Part shown: positions 49,144 to 60,576 of the stretch, one piece after another
How the letters are laid out: every line of letters begins with the position of its first letter
How positions within the stretch are numbered: the first letter of the stretch is position 1
From: Blepharisma stoltei ATCC 30299
Taxonomy: Eukaryota > Protista > Ciliophora
Reading direction: 5' to 3'
Assembly: GCA_965603825.1 (NCBI GenBank)
Contig: CBFDEM010000021.1
Location: forward strand, 434,001-498,000
DNA: 64,000 bases
Translations under genes and position numbers: made by a program
The notes under the pieces: generated by a model
The model's input: only the letters and a program-made list of their open reading frames with translations
Database searches by the model: none
Told to the model about the DNA's origin: nothing

Positions 49144-49650
49144 ATGGAAGACAATCAAAAAAATTTAGATATCTTGGAAGGCGCAATCAATCGATACAAT
49201 GATGTATCACAGATAATCCACGAACTCCCTAATAAGCTTGATCATGAAATTATGGTACCTTTAGGAAAAGTTGGCTTTGTTAAAGGTAGAATTGTGCATA
49301 CAAATGAAATATGGGTAAATATTGGGAAAGATACTTTTATTAAGACAACCACAATTGGCTGTGATGGAATTATTGAGAGAAAAATCAAAGGTATGAAATA
49401 TACAGCAATCCAAGAAGAAATAAAAAGATTCAAACCGAAGGAAATTGAAAATAAATCAATCGAAGATGTATTCAAAAGAATCAAAGAGCTAGAAATAGAA
49501 GAAAAAGGTGGAAAATCTGCTCAAGAAAATTTGACAGTCGGGAAAATAGTGGAAAGAAATCCTATAGAAGAAAACCAAATTGAAGAAGTCAAGAAGCCTG
49601 AAAAATTGTCAAAATTTAAGCAAGAAATGAATAAAAAAAAATCATCATAA
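49144..49650 (+). CDS. URI1/Bud27-like alpha-prefoldin
   Basis: HEIMVPLGKVGFVKGRIVHTNEIWVNIG; C-terminal LSKFK URI-box. Confidence 0.8.
   Translation: MEDNQKNLDILEGAINRYNDVSQIIHELPNKLDHEIMVPLGKVGFVKGRIVHTNEIWVNIGKDTFIKTTTIGCDGIIERKIKGMKYTAIQEEIKRFKPKEIENKSIEDVFKRIKELEIEEKGGKSAQENLTVGKIVERNPIEENQIEEVKKPEKLSKFKQEMNKKKSS
49391..49405 (+). other. Probable 15-nt intron, stopless if retained
   Basis: GTATGAAATATACAG fits the consensus. Confidence 0.6.
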
Positions 49651-49710
49651 ACGAATTTGCTTAATTTCCACAAAATTCATTGATTTTGTAATGTCTCATA
49701 ATTAATAAAA

Positions 49711-50265
49711 ATGACTACAAACAAGTATACTTTTTCAGGAAAGGCTGATTTTGAAAGGAGTTTACGTATAAAATCTCGAGGCTCAGGGTCTCGTGAGGTT
49801 AGAATCTACAAAAAATTTAAAAAATCCACTGCAATCGCAAGCTCTCCAAGTATGTCAACAAAAGAAAGTTTAATATGCAGTTTTCAAAACCAAAGCATTG
49901 AATCTATTTCTGGGCATGTCTGTCAGAATAAGCCCCCTCGTGTGCCTCCACTTCTAACTAAAACAATTTTGCAGCATAAAAATAAAGAGAAAAGTGAGAG
50001 AGGTACTTTTACTCAAGCTGATGATTTCTTTTTCCTTAATCAACATAGGTAATTTTTACTCAGAAAAATCGAAATAATTAAATCTCGGCAATTTTTTAGC
50101 TCAAAATTACCGTTTTGATTCCAAGATGCAATTTTGTTTGATATTTCAACAAAAAGATCAAGCAATTCCAATCGCTGCTTGCATATAGAAGATTTAATTC
50201 CTAAGGATATTAAAAGATCAGATTTTGTGAAATGGGTAAACTGCATGACTGAAAATAGAAACTAA
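49711..50265 (+). CDS. Hypothetical protein (~179 aa)
   Basis: Intron 50049-50063 (GTAATTTTTACTCAG), one TGA, TAA 50263-50265. Confidence 0.7.
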
Positions 50266-50280
50266 TTACCATGTAAATTT

Positions 50281-51483
50281 TTAATCTTTATGATGCTTAA
50301 TCATAAGTGCTTTCGCAATAATTGTTCTTCTGATTTCGGATGTTCCTCCTCCAATTTCATATAGTTTCGCATCTCTTAAAATTCTTCCAAGAGGACATTC
50401 ATTTATGTACCCATACCCACCTAAGACCTGGATTGCTTGTAAAGCCATTTGTGTGCCTTGCTCTGCATTAAAAAGAAAAACTGAAGCGCAATCTTCATTT
50501 AAGGAAGTACCATGATCGCAGGATTTTGCAATAGTATAAAGATAAATGCGTGATGCATTTAATGCAGTGTAAATATCTGCGATTTTTGATTGAATTAGTT
50601 GGAAATGGCCAATTTTTTCTCCGAATTGTTTGCGAACTCCTACATAAGGCAAAACAACATCATAAGCAGCTTGCATTAAACCAACAGGGCCAGCAGATAA
50701 TAAAAGCCTTTCAAAATTAAGACCCTTCATAAGTATGTAGACACCCTCATTTAAAGGACCTAATAAATTTTCTTCGGGCACAAATACATTATCGAAAGTT
50801 AATTCACCAGTTCCACTGCCTCTCATGCCAAGCTTATTCATCTTTTGTGCACAATTGAAACCTTTAAAATCTTTTTCTACAATGAACGCAGAAATTCCTC
50901 TTTTTCCTTTAATCGGATCCGTTTTGGCATAAACAATTATGTAGTCTCCATATGGCCCATTAGTGATCCACATTTTTGAGCCATTTAATAAAAATCCGCC
51001 ATCAACTTTTTCTGCTCTAGTCACCATGCTTGTCACATCACTTCCTGCTCCAGTCTCAGTCATAGCTAATCCTCCTATTTTTGTGCCATCACAAAGCCCA
51101 GGCAAGTACTTTTTCTTTTGTTGTTCATTCGCATGGAGAACCAATTGATTGATGCATAAATTACTATGAGCAATATAGCTGAGACCAATAGAACCTGATC
51201 CTCTGCTAATTTCTTCCGTTATAATAACATGGTCTAAGTATCCTAAGCCAGATCCTCCATATTCATGAGCAGCAGTCACTCCTAATAATCCTAATTCTCC
51301 TAATTTCGGCCAGAGTGAGCGATAATCACAAGAATCAGTTTTATCAATTTCATACGCAATTGGAGCAATATGCTGCTGTGAAAACCGATAAACCATTTCT
51401 TTTAGGTGCCTTTGCTCCTCTGATAATAGAAGATTTGAGGCTGAAAATCTTCTCGTAAGGATTGATCCACACCGTTGGAGCAT
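50281..51483 (-). CDS. IVD: Isovaleryl-CoA dehydrogenase, mitochondrial
   Basis: LSYIAHSNLCINQL, GAGSDV, NGSKMWITNGP, KLGMRGS, RDAKLYEIGGGTSEIRR; presequence-like N-terminus. Confidence 0.95.
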   Translation of the reverse strand: MLQRCGSILTRRFSASNLLLSEEQRHLKEMVYRFSQQHIAPIAYEIDKTDSCDYRSLWPKLGELGLLGVTAAHEYGGSGLGYLDHVIITEEISRGSGSIGLSYIAHSNLCINQLVLHANEQQKKKYLPGLCDGTKIGGLAMTETGAGSDVTSMVTRAEKVDGGFLLNGSKMWITNGPYGDYIIVYAKTDPIKGKRGISAFIVEKDFKGFNCAQKMNKLGMRGSGTGELTFDNVFVPEENLLGPLNEGVYILMKGLNFERLLLSAGPVGLMQAAYDVVLPYVGVRKQFGEKIGHFQLIQSKIADIYTALNASRIYLYTIAKSCDHGTSLNEDCASVFLFNAEQGTQMALQAIQVLGGYGYINECPLGRILRDAKLYEIGGGTSEIRRTIIAKALMIKHHKD

Positions 51484-51672
51484 TTTTATTCTTAAAATAA
51501 TGAAAAATTAAACCTTTATTTTATCAAAAACGAATTCTGACTTATGATTAGTTTATATTCTCAAGCCAACGCAATTATTTTAAATTTTAAATTACTTTGA
51601 TTTATAGGTGTTTTGCTATAATTCCCTTTTCTAAATATTGTAGTACTGAAAAAACCATATTTATATCTAACG

Positions 51673-52728
51673 ATGCAAACTAACCGCTTTCTGCACAATT
51701 CAAAGCACATTTTATCCCCGGGCTTTGATTTAGCGATTTCAAAAGACTCAAACCTTTTCGAATCCTCACCCTCAGATACAGTTATTGCTAGAAACTTGCC
51801 AACTCAAGCAGAAAGGATATTGGATGCTCCTGATCTCTTAGACGATTATTATTTAAATTTATTGGACTGAAGCTCCTTAGACACATTAGGTGTTGCTCTT
51901 GACAATTCTATCTACGCATGGCACAATGGAGAAGTGAGAGAAATCATCAATTCCCCAGTCACCATTACATCATTATCCTGAATGCCTGGAAGTCATTATC
52001 TCGCAGTTGGAGACTCTGAAGCTGATTTAAGTCTTTACGATGCTCAAGTAGGTCGAAAAATCAGAGTCATCCACGCTCATGCTGACCGAATCTCAAGCTT
52101 ATCTTGAAAAGGCAGTATCCTATCCTCGGGCAGTCGAGATTCCACAATAATCCACCACGATATGAGAGCCAAAAACTTCCAAATGCAAAACAAAGGCCAT
52201 TTCCAAGAGGTCTGTGGACTTAAATGAAGTGAAAAATATCTTGCTTCTGGCGGAAATGATAATCATTTGAACATTTGGGAGATTGGCTACTCTAAGCCTA
52301 TTTTTAGCTTTAATGAGCATAAAGCTGCTGTAAAAGCATTGGCTTGGTGTCCTTATGCAGCAGGAGTTTTGGCATCTGGGGGTGGCTCAGCTGACCAAAC
52401 TATAAAACTTTGGGATGTAGCAAAAGGAGTATGCAGCAAAACGATAAATACAGGCAGCCAAGTTTGTGCACTAGAATGGAATAAGCATGATATGGAGCTT
52501 CTAAGTGCCCATGGATTTGCAGATAATCAACTTACAGTATGAAAATATCCTCAGATGCAGAAACTTGGGGATGTAAAAGGGCACACAGCAAGGGTATTAT
52601 ATTTGGCACAAAATCCTGAAGGAGATACAGTGGTTTCAGCTGGGGCTGACGAAACCATAAGATTTTGGAAAATTTTCAAAAAAAGAGAGAAAAATAAAAG
52701 CTTGGATCTAAAATTCTCATGTAGATAG
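51673..52728 (+). CDS. CDC20: Cdc20/Fizzy-family APC/C co-activator (351 aa)
   Basis: [47 protein letters not shown]; five TGA, all at WD40 Trp sites. Confidence 0.92.
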
Positions 52729-52788
52729 CGATTTTTCCTCAGGACGGTAATAAATTTTTCTGTTTTAAACAATCAATTTAGATTATAA

Positions 52789-53070
52789 ATGGGACCATTT
52801 GCACAATTTGCTTTAATATTAGGTGCTTCTTTTATTGGGATTTCAATTGGGCACTCTCTTATAAGAGGACTCCTTGGTGGTGGCTCACAAAGCCATAGAC
52901 CAGCTCAGCAGCAGTATCAGCAGGCTCCTCAGGTTCCTCAGCCATGCCAAATTGAGGCTCAACAACTAGGACAATGCATAGAGTTCGCAAGCAAAGATAT
53001 TTCTAAATGCCAAATCTATATGGATAATCTTAAACAATGCCAACAAAGATCCCAAGGATATCAAGTTTAA
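52789..53070 (+). CDS. CHCHD2/CHCHD10 (Mix17)-like twin CX9C mitochondrial protein
   Basis: GISIGH hydrophobic helix; C-X9-C...C-X9-C. Confidence 0.8.
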   Translation: MGPFAQFALILGASFIGISIGHSLIRGLLGGGSQSHRPAQQQYQQAPQVPQPCQIEAQQLGQCIEFASKDISKCQIYMDNLKQCQQRSQGYQV

Positions 53071-53357
53071 GGATTATTAATTTTATGAGCTATTTCAGTC
53101 TAATTTTTTAAGCCAGGACATAAGAAAAATTATTTTTGTGATAAATGCTTTGCTTTTAAGTTTAAGTAAATATTTCCAGATACTATAATATAAGAGAAAG
53201 CAAAGGATTGCTATTTATAGTTTTATGTCGATATAAAAATTCACTTAAATGGGAAAAGGGTAAAATTGCTATTAGGTAACCTTGAGTAAGATACATATAT
53301 AACATTTAGAATATTTAGATGTTTGCTAATATAAATTTATTTAAAAATTATAAAAAT

Positions 53358-53534
53358 ATGTTGTGAGGAACCTTTTGCTTTGTGGTTCTAATAGGGTTCA
53401 TTTTACAAATAATCATTGACCTCTATGAAAGAGTTATTAAGGCTCCTGAAGCTAGAGAAAGAAATGAAGAAAGAAATGAAGAAAGCAAAGAAAGCGAAGA
53501 AAGTGAAGGGTGCACTGAGGGCAAATGAAATTAG
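53358..53534 (+). CDS. Possible single-TM micro-protein (58 aa)
   Basis: Hydrophobic N-terminus plus acidic tail in a GC-richer island; an overlapping frame is also open. Confidence 0.3.
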
Positions 53535-53968
53535 AGATTCAGATTGAAGAAGCTTCAAAAGTGAAGACAAGAGCCAAATAGTCCGCTCTTGTTGGAGGAA
53601 AAGGCTTATTAACTGAAATTAATATACAAAATTTTTATAGTTTTTGATCAATTTTTTATTTGTTATAAAGCTATTGAGGGTTGATCAAAAATTCTATATA
53701 TAATATCTTACTGTGATATTAGGATATTAGGATTACTAATTTAATTGCAATTAATTTAATTTAAGAATTAATAAGACTATTAAATTTCAATAACTTATTT
53801 TAACAAAGAATTGAATTTAGTAGGATTTATTGCTTTTATCTTCAAACTCTAATAAATATATTATATTTAAATTGAAAAATAAATCGAATTTGCTTAAAGA
53901 TTATATTTTCTGAGAACTTTTGAAGATTTTCACCATTTTAATGTATTTTTTATTAAGCTAAGAAATTA

Positions 53969-54343
53969 ATGGACGAACTCCAAAACCTTGTCTCAGTGGA
54001 GCAAAAGTATAATGAAGAGATCAATAGCATGCTAGAATTTATTAGAACCAAAGAAATTCATTTAGAAAAACTTGATGACATTATCAATTGCTTAGAAAAT
54101 GATAAAAACGTTGCGCACTCTGCCGGAAAATTTCAGGTAAAAATCACATAGGATGCAGCTATGCTAGCTAATACAATTGGGAAATATGAAAATGAAGAAG
54201 CAAGCATAGAGGAAGAAATTAGAAATATGAATGATGATTTATTTAAGAAAGAGTTGCTTCTTTTTGAGGTAAAATCTAGGCAGATTCAAACTATCTTTAA
54301 GGAATTAGAAGTTAATCCTTTAAAGACAATTCAGAGCGCTTAA
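53969..54343 (+). CDS. Hypothetical coiled-coil protein; 3' end uncertain
   Basis: Intron 54137-54151 (GTAAAAATCACATAG) joins two ORFs; possible second intron 54269-54283. Confidence 0.65.
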
Positions 54344-54777
54344 GATTGAGCAAGATGCTCATCGTGATATGAAATTAATAAGGATTAATTTTTTAATAAA
54401 AATTTAGGGAAATTTAAAAGAACAATAAATTGAAGAAAGTATAAAATTTAAGGAATGGTATAGCCATTTTAATTATTGAAAATTAATCCGCAAAAATGAA
54501 AGATAAAGATTGATTTTTATCAAGAGATATTGTGATAGATTTTATGAGAAATTGATGATATTTTGTTTTAAAATACTATTTTCGTATATTATAGTCTAAA
54601 TTAAAATCCATTGAGTATAATTAATCTTATTAAATTCTTATTTATAAAATTATTAACTCATAATAAAAATAATCATTAAGAGAAAAATACATAAAAGCTA
54701 ATAAAAATATTTTTCGAAGTTACTATCTCATATAAATAATTAAAGATAATTTGAATACATATTAAAGATATTTTAAT

Positions 54778-56713
54778 ATGGAAGATTTCCAATATGAGCG
54801 AAGACCCAACAAAATTTATGCTGGGAATCTAAAAAGTTTAGACATTCTAGATATTTATGGCTCTCCTACGCCAATGAGCCCACTTGATTTTGCGAATTAT
54901 AAAATCAGTAATTATTTTGGAAATGATAAAATTAACAAAATTCTATTTACAAGAGAAATTACTCAGACCACAAAAGAGCTTGGATCAGAAAATTTTGAAA
55001 AATTGATACCTATTTTGTTTAGCTTGGTAATTTTAATTAAAGGCTCAAGATTCCTGCTTAGAGGTCCAAATTGAATTTACAAAAAATATCCCAGATTTAT
55101 ACAAGATACTTATAAGTCAAAAAATAGAAGGACTTTGAGACAATATTTTAGCAATATTAATGATATCTTTAAAAACAAAGGAAAAAAAATTAAAAGAAGT
55201 TGCCGCTAATTCTGTTCTAAAAATATCAAAAATTTGTAATGAGAATGAGCAAACTCATTTATTAGCTGTTATTTTAAATTTAATTGGAGATGAGGATTTT
55301 CAAGCATTGGCAATTGAAATTCTTGGCAAGCTTTGTGATGGCCTTGATATTTCTGCATGTGAAACTTTTATTTTACCTGAAGTTTTAAGATTGTGTAGAG
55401 ATTCTCACTTAAATGTAAAGAAAAAAGCAATAAAAACACTTGGGATTTTAGCAGGCTCTGTGTCGCTAAATGCTTTTATTAGCGATATATATCCGCTTTA
55501 TTTATATTTATGCACAAACGAAAATTGAAGCGTTAGAAAAATATGTGCTTCTATTTTAGGAGAAATAGCTTCAAAAGCAAATTTTAAAGCACAAAAGACT
55601 ACTTTATTAGAAACTTATTACCTTTTATTATGAGATAGCGTTTTGATGGTAAAGCAAGCTGCGAGATCTCAAATTGGAAGATTTCTATATGAAACAAGAA
55701 GCAATGATGCGCTTATTTTGAAAGAATTAATAAATTTAATTTCTGACCAAAATGAGTCATCTATTGAAACCATGAAATTTTTACCAAGTATCTTTAGAAA
55801 TAATAAAGTAAAAGAAGAGTGAATGATAGATAGAATCATACAAATTTCAAATAGCTCGAATTCTATAGTAAGAGGCTCACTAGTAGGGATTTTAAAATAT
55901 TTTTCAAGAAATTGTTCACATGAAAGCTTAAAAGAGATAATTCCAATATTCAAAGATTTATTAAGAGATGTCGATCTCGTCAAAATAAAAGCCATTAAAA
56001 TCCTACCTGATTTTTTGCAGCATCTTGATTTAAAAGATAGAATTGAATTTTTATCAATTTTAAGAAGAATTCAAATGAACCAGGTAGGGATAAGGATAAA
56101 AAAATCGCTTGGTAAAATATTGAAAGATGCAGCAAAACTATTTCCGAATAATATTACTATTGAAAAAATTTGGCCTATAATTACTGCTCTATTAAATGAT
56201 AAAAATACAATAGTAAGACAAGTATCATCATTTTCTATTGGTGCTATTTCTGAATTATTATGAAATTCATCACAAAATTTTGATGAGGAAATTCAAAAAT
56301 TCTTCAGAAATTCAGCTGGAAGTGAAAGCTATCAATTTAGATTGAATTTTGTATGAAGCTTAAGGAAGATAAAAAACATTTCTTGCTTTGGCGAATGGCT
56401 TTTAAATATATTTTATAAGCTTTGTGAGGATTCTATTATTAGCATAAGAATTGCTTGTGCACAGCATGTGAAGATAATGCTTGGTAGAAATAATTTATAT
56501 ATATGAAAAAGAGCAGCTTTTATTTTAAATTCAGATCCTGAATGAGATGTTATTTATTTTCTAAAAGAAAATTCCCAAATCCAAAAGAAAAAGAAATTCG
56601 AGTACTCCATAATTCCTCCAAAAAGACTCCCAAAATTAAACACAGATCCTGACTGAGAGCTTGTTTATGCTTCTAATACAGATTCTTCATCAATAAATAT
56701 TATAAGTATCTAA
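54778..56713 (+). CDS. HEAT-repeat protein (PP2A-A/PP4R1-like, ~639 aa)
   Basis: 16-nt intron 55027-55042; nine TGA; HEAT motifs DSHLNVKK, NENWSVRK, DKNTIVRQ, DSIISIR. Confidence 0.8.
55027..55042 (+). other. 16-nt intron
   Basis: GTAATTTTAATTAAAG; provides the +1 frame change between upstream and downstream exons. Confidence 0.8.
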
Positions 56714-56745
56714 AATCATTAAAATAAAACTTTAATAGTAGTTAA

Positions 56746-57345
56746 ATGGATTATCAATCTCCTTTGAATTTAAGCTATCAGTCTTTTCATTCAAATTCTT
56801 CTATTAAGAAAAAGATCAACCCAACCTATGATTTTTCAAAGTGGAGCATGGAAAGACCGAGAGGCCTAGCTCGTTCAGAATTTTCTCAGAATTCATTTTC
56901 AAATATAAGCTTCACATCTCAAGGATTTTTTAATGATCATAAGCCATCGAGAAAAATAATCGATGCTCCACAGCCACTACCAAGCAGGCCAAGCAGTAAA
57001 AGGCATAGAACTCAAACGCCATCAAGAGATCCCATTTTGCAATCTGAAGAAATTCAATATCAGCAAAGCAATAGAAAGCATGGGTATAATGCCAAGCCAT
57101 CACCTGATTATGATTATTTTAACAAAAGAAAAAACTGTTTGCCTGCTGAGCTTGGAATCTCAAAATCATCATAGTAAATTTTATATAGCAATCGAAGAAA
57201 TATGAGCACGGTATTTGAAAATTCATTTGATGCTTATTATACTAAGCCTGCTAAAATAAATCATCAACAATCTCAATGTGCTGATTTAATACATTACAGG
57301 TATGGACCAAGTTTTAAGGATGAGGAAATCACTACGAAGATATAA
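56746..57345 (+). CDS. Hypothetical protein (~194 aa)
   Basis: Intron 57174-57188 (GTAAATTTTATATAG) removes TAG; TAA 57343-57345. Confidence 0.75.
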
Positions 57346-57354
57346 ATTGCTTAA

Positions 57355-58398
57355 ATGTTGGAATATTTAAATAATGCTAAAATAAATATGAAAAGTTCTA
57401 TTAAAAGACCTCAAAGCGCTGCGAGCTCCAAAGAAGTTAAGCAGTTTTTTAAAAATTTAAAAAAGAAAAAAGAATACTATGCAGAAATTAATGAAAATTT
57501 GATCATCCCCACAATACTGAAAGTTCAGAAGAAAAACCCGAATAAAGAAGATATTGCAAAAGAATTCTTAAAAGCAAAGATCAACCAAACAAAAATTGCT
57601 ATAAACGAGCAATTAAGTGTATTTATTAGACAGGAAATATCATCATTGAAAGTGCAGATTAATAAATGCAAATTTTGAAATCCTGAAAAAACGAAAAATT
57701 ATAAAAAAACATTAAAATTATCCCAAAATGAGCCAAAAATTACCACAGAGCAAAATCCATATAACTCAGTTATTCAAGCTAAAGAAAAAATTGAAGAACT
57801 GAGAGCGCAAATCGAGATAAATGAAAAAATTATTCTTCAAAGAAATCAAGATGTAACAAATATTTAGATAATTCGCTTACAATCTAAGATTGAAAAATCT
57901 CCTAGCGTGCTAAAATTAACAAAGCACAAAGAAAAAGTCAAAACTATGATTGAAAAAGGCGCAAAGGAGCTTGAGATTCGGAAAAATATGGAAAATTTAT
58001 TAATTAAAGGTTATGATCACAGATCAGGTGTCACCACTCCAATGAGTGAGAAAAATAAAGTCATGAATGTTTTGAATACTCTAGAAAACTGAGATTCAGC
58101 TCCAGAAATTGTAAAAAAGCATGTAATTGAGCAAAAAAATGCGATAAATGACCAAGAGAAGGAAATCAACGAATTGGAAAGACAGCTCGAAGAAAGGAGG
58201 AAAAATTTTATTCATAGTGAATTCCAAAAAATATTGGAAGAGAAGGAAAATTTGTGAAAAAAGGAATGGGAAGAAAGAATAGAGTCAGATATAGCAGCAC
58301 TCAAAAGAAATAAAGAAATGGAGATAAATAATCTAAAATTTCAGAAAAAAATGATAGAAATTGAGATAGCTAAGGAAAAACTCCAAGAAAGGGCATAG
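57355..58398 (+). CDS. Hypothetical coiled-coil protein (start 57355 or 57388)
   Basis: Three TGA plus intron 57853-57867 (GTAACAAATATTTAG); TAG 58396-58398. Confidence 0.75.
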
Positions 58399-58859
58399 AT
58401 AATTTATTATAATCAGACTGCTATCAATAAGACATGTATATTTTTAGTTTGCCTAAGCTATTAAATATATTAAACTTCATGATCATTATATATGATTAGT
58501 TTGCTAATTAGCGTACTAATTTCTGAGCTAATAATTGCACAGATGATGTGCATTAACTATTTATATCCTTTCTCTTTAAACGGAATATATATATATCAAA
58601 AATCTGTAACGATCGATGAATTTATTTTCAACAATATTTAAATTTCTCAAATACCGCAATAGCGGCATGCGCATATATTCATATCCGAATCTGTCATATC
58701 ATATCACATTATTACACCAGACAAATTGTTTTCCTAATGCTTGGAGAAAAATCTCCTCTCGTCGTTTATTATATTAATTTTGTGATAGCGTATTATCTGC
58801 ATATCTGCAGTGGCCGTTGCATCGATTAAGAGCTTTTTTCTGAATTTTATATTAAATTT

Positions 58860-59912
58860 ATGTTAAGGTCTAGTAAATTAATAAAGATTATGTCATCAAA
58901 GCCTTATATTGAGCTTGCCTACGTCAAAAAAGCCAAGCCAAAACCCAACGAACTCCGGGACGCAACAGTTGACTCAAGGCCAAAATCCTTCCAATTCCGC
59001 CATGTCGCTCAATGCTTCTGCTCTGATACTAATGGAAATTCCTCGAAAATCACGTGCTCTGAAAGCTGCCCATTAAAGTCACCACTCTCTTGTCGAAAAG
59101 CTCACAAGTGGTGCCATATAGCTGGAGTCCCTCATAATAGCGAAGCATTATATGTAGAGCTGTTAAAAACTCCCTTAAGTACGAGAAAATACCTGACACA
59201 TTTGGATCAAATTGAAATGGACTTATTACGAACTTTTCCTGATGTACCTTATTTTAGCAGTGAAGTCGGTAGAGAGTCATTGAAAAGAGTACTTTGTGCT
59301 GTAACAAAATACAATATAAAACTTGGCTATGTGCAAGGTATGAATTTTTTAGCTGCATCCTTGTTATATCATACAAGTGAATCGCAAACTTTCTGGATGA
59401 TGCTGATTTTGCTTGATAAATATGAATTAAAAGAGAATTTCAAGCCGGATTTTCCGGGATTGATGAGGCATTGCTATGTAGTAGATTTTCTTTTAGAAAG
59501 AAGATTGCCTAGACTAGGTCAACATTTTAAAGAGATGATGATAACATCACCAATGTTTCTCACTGATTGGTGCCTAACACTTTTTACGAGGCAAATTCCT
59601 TTGCGCTATAACTATAAAATTTTAGGAAATTTTTTCAAACAAGGTTGGGGATTTTTTTACAAACTTGTTTTACTTATTTTAAGAAGACTAGAAACTCGCC
59701 TACTTGCTGCTGCGACAAGAGAAGATATTTTATCAATAATAAAACCGTTTCAGCCAGGAGATTGGAAAGAGTTTGTTAAACTTTTGAAAAATAGTAGGCT
59801 TGAAAAATTGAGCTGGAAAAAACTTGCAAAAATAGCGAAAAATGATAACATTGATATGGAATTAGTATCTGAATTACTTGAGAGGCCTGAGTCTGCGCTA
59901 GAAAAATATTAA
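58860..59912 (+). CDS. TBC-domain Rab GTPase-activating protein
   Basis: IEMDLLRTF (Arg finger), GYVQGMNF (Gln finger). Confidence 0.92.
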   Translation: MLRSSKLIKIMSSKPYIELAYVKKAKPKPNELRDATVDSRPKSFQFRHVAQCFCSDTNGNSSKITCSESCPLKSPLSCRKAHKWCHIAGVPHNSEALYVELLKTPLSTRKYLTHLDQIEMDLLRTFPDVPYFSSEVGRESLKRVLCAVTKYNIKLGYVQGMNFLAASLLYHTSESQTFWMMLILLDKYELKENFKPDFPGLMRHCYVVDFLLERRLPRLGQHFKEMMITSPMFLTDWCLTLFTRQIPLRYNYKILGNFFKQGWGFFYKLVLLILRRLETRLLAAATREDILSIIKPFQPGDWKEFVKLLKNSRLEKLSWKKLAKIAKNDNIDMELVSELLERPESALEKY

Positions 59913-60113
59913 CCAGTAATTCGATTTTCTATTTAATGTAAGGTAATTGTAAATAAATTTTATACTAGCGCTATGGTAAATAAAGAATCATGAAAATAAG
60001 CATAAAATAAATTAATACTTATGAAAACTATAATAATTTATTAATTAATATGAAATTAATTAAAAATGAGGCTTGCTCTATTATCAGGTTTAGAAATAAA
60101 ATTAATTTATTTC

Positions 60114-60563
60114 TTACGACAATCCTCTCTGTCTTCTAATTTCTTTTATCTCATCACTTAATAATCCTTTTCTATCAAGATAGGCTACATAATCTCCATC
60201 TTCAACAGCTTCCACAAGCCCACTATTCAAATACTTAACAATATCCTCTCTATTTTTATATAAATAAGAAAATGCTTTTTCTCCGCTCTCTAATTCCACT
60301 TCTTTTCTTATATAAAATTCAGGTATCTCTTCAAATGCATCAAGCTCAGGTATTTCTTCTATCCTAATTAAATAAATTTCTCCTTTAATTTTTCCATTAC
60401 CTTCCATTGCATAAGAAAGTGTCCCATTAACTCTTGAGTATAATTCAGCATGTATCATATAATCTTCTCCTTCAAAAATTGGATTTACAAGCTTGTGATG
60501 ATATAATAATCCATATCTCAGAGTCCCATATACAAAAACTCTTATCAAGTTTTCTTCAGCCAT
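60114..60563 (-). CDS. Gamma-glutamylcyclotransferase (GGACT/AIG2-like)
   Basis: VFVYGTLR, GEIY, LDAFE, YIRKEV. Confidence 0.88.
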   Translation of the reverse strand: MAEENLIRVFVYGTLRYGLLYHHKLVNPIFEGEDYMIHAELYSRVNGTLSYAMEGNGKIKGEIYLIRIEEIPELDAFEEIPEFYIRKEVELESGEKAFSYLYKNREDIVKYLNSGLVEAVEDGDYVAYLDRKGLLSDEIKEIRRQRGLS

Positions 60564-60576
60564 TTATTATTTATAT

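Noticed and set aside
58400-58800. Short palindromes or possible ncRNA upstream of the TBC gene
   Set aside because: Stems are short and no RNA family or convincing ATG-initiated ORF was recognised
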